NCBI GenBank assembly: GCA_017889125.1
Contig: JAGHER010000088.1
Span: 2,566 to 66,565 of the forward strand
DNA: 64,000 bases
Source: Lachnospiraceae bacterium
GTDB taxonomy: Bacteria; Bacillota; Clostridia; Lachnospirales; Lachnospiraceae
Reading direction: 5' to 3'
Shown here: in pieces, positions 63,323 through 64,000 of the stretch
How positions within the stretch are numbered: the stretch's first letter is position 1
How the letters are laid out: every line of letters starts with the position of its first letter
Made by a program: the position numbers and the translations under genes
The notes under the pieces: generated by a model
Told to the model about the DNA's origin: nothing
Seen by the model: only the letters and a program-made list of their open reading frames with translations
Databases searched by the model: none

Positions 63323-64000
63323 GCCTCATAAGAGGGCGGGCTGAAGGTTTTCTTCAGGGCCAGATATTCGTCATCGGAGAGGGAGGCTCCCTTTCCGGCA
63401 ACTACCCGGGAGGCCACCGCGTTTGCGCTGCGGATGGCCTCTTTTAGTGTTGTATGGCTGCTCAGGGAGGCCAGGATCTGGCCGATGTGGGAGTCTCCCG
63501 CGCCGATGGTGTCCACCACCTGGGCAGGGACGCCGGGAATTCTGTAGGCAGTGCCGTCCTTTTCCATGCAGAAGGCACCCTCATCCCCCAGGGTGACGAT
63601 GACGGTATTTCCCGTAACGGCGTGAAGTGCCTCCACCGCTTCGCGAAGGCCTTCCCGTCCGCTTAATTCTGCCGCCTCCTGCCGGTTGATGTGAAGGACA
63701 GGGCTTAAGGCCAGGACCCGCTCAAGACGGCCGTCTGGGATATGTACGCCTCTTGGTCCGGGAGCAAAGTAGATTTCCAGCTGGCGGTTTTCTTCAAGAA
63801 ACTCTACAAGCTCGCCGCCGGTAGGCGCCTCAACCTCCAGGCCGCAGATGTAAACCATGGAATAGCGGTGAAGATCCAGCCCCTTCATCCATTCCTTGTG
63901 AAAGCTGTATTCCGGCCCGTGGCAGGAGAGGAAGGTGCGCTCCCCGCTTTCCTCCACCAGGCAGTAGCAGCAGCCGTTCTCCTCCTGCTGGCGGGGAATG
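63319..64000 (-). CDS. PfkB-family carbohydrate kinase, N-terminus beyond the window
   Basis: VDTIGAGDSHIG anion-hole motif near the C-terminus. The frame stays open to the window end, so the track Met at 63957 is probably internal. Confidence 0.75.
   Translation of the reverse strand, partial: IPRQQEENGCCYCLVEESGERTFLSCHGPEYSFHKEWMKGLDLHRYSMVYICGLEVEAPTGGELVEFLEENRQLEIYFAPGPRGVHIPDGRLERVLALSPVLHINRQEAAELSGREGLREAVEALHAVTGNTVIVTLGDEGAFCMEKDGTAYRIPGVPAQVVDTIGAGDSHIGQILASLSSHTTLKEAIRSANAVASRVVAGKGASLSDDEYLALKKTFSPPSYEA

Noticed and set aside
1-64000. rRNA, tRNA, IS/transposase, integrase or prophage structural genes
   Set aside because: None were recognised in any intergenic region or ORF. 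The only mobility-related gene is the small serine recombinase. tRNAscan or Infernal should be run to confirm the absence of small RNAs.

Overview
This is a densely coding 64-kb window from what looks like a Gram-positive Clostridia (Lachnospiraceae-like) chromosome. Hand-counted 60-nt lines are mostly about 55-60% GC, Shine-Dalgarno sites are AGGAGG-type, and the solute-binding proteins are lipoproteins. All family assignments come from motif recognition by eye, not database searches. (1) 0.3-10.8 kb: a LacI-controlled beta-1,4-galactan/galacto-oligosaccharide operon (SBP, two permeases, signal-less GH53, GH42). It also carries two unassigned genes, a 617-aa protein and a 73-aa zinc-ribbon protein. 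(2) 10.8-20.3 kb: a small membrane ORF, an NCS1-like permease fused to a PlsC-type acyltransferase, and a metallophosphoesterase-rubrerythrin fusion. These are followed by a PadR operon ending in a purely Pro/Ala/Lys/Glu-repeat anchored protein, an M28 peptidase and a GNAT. (3) 20.5-47.6 kb: two LplABC-type sugar importer loci for pectic/rhamnose-containing oligosaccharides. One is governed by a YesM/YesN-type two-component system and includes a 713-aa lectin-plus-beta-propeller protein, GH3 and GH4. The other is governed by a membrane-spanning AraC regulator and includes two GH43 enzymes (one ankyrin-fused), a CE12-like SGNH esterase, an ABC exporter, DUF624, CE4 and RhaM. None of the three importers has its own ATPase gene. 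(4) 47.8-64 kb: an orphan small serine recombinase, then the conserved plsX-acpP-rnc-smc-ftsY block, ilvA and a ClC channel. Next comes a low-GC two-gene islet (ABC-type AAA ATPase plus RloB/AbiLii-like protein), which is the best defence-system candidate. It is followed by a lipoprotein, a ParB-like/BMP-like protein, a metallophosphoesterase and a truncated PfkB kinase. No rRNA, tRNA, CRISPR array, IS element or prophage genes were seen. A recurring non-genic signal is short (15-57 bp) degenerate tandem repeats. They occur both in intergenic leaders and trailers and as in-frame insertions in otherwise ordinary enzymes.
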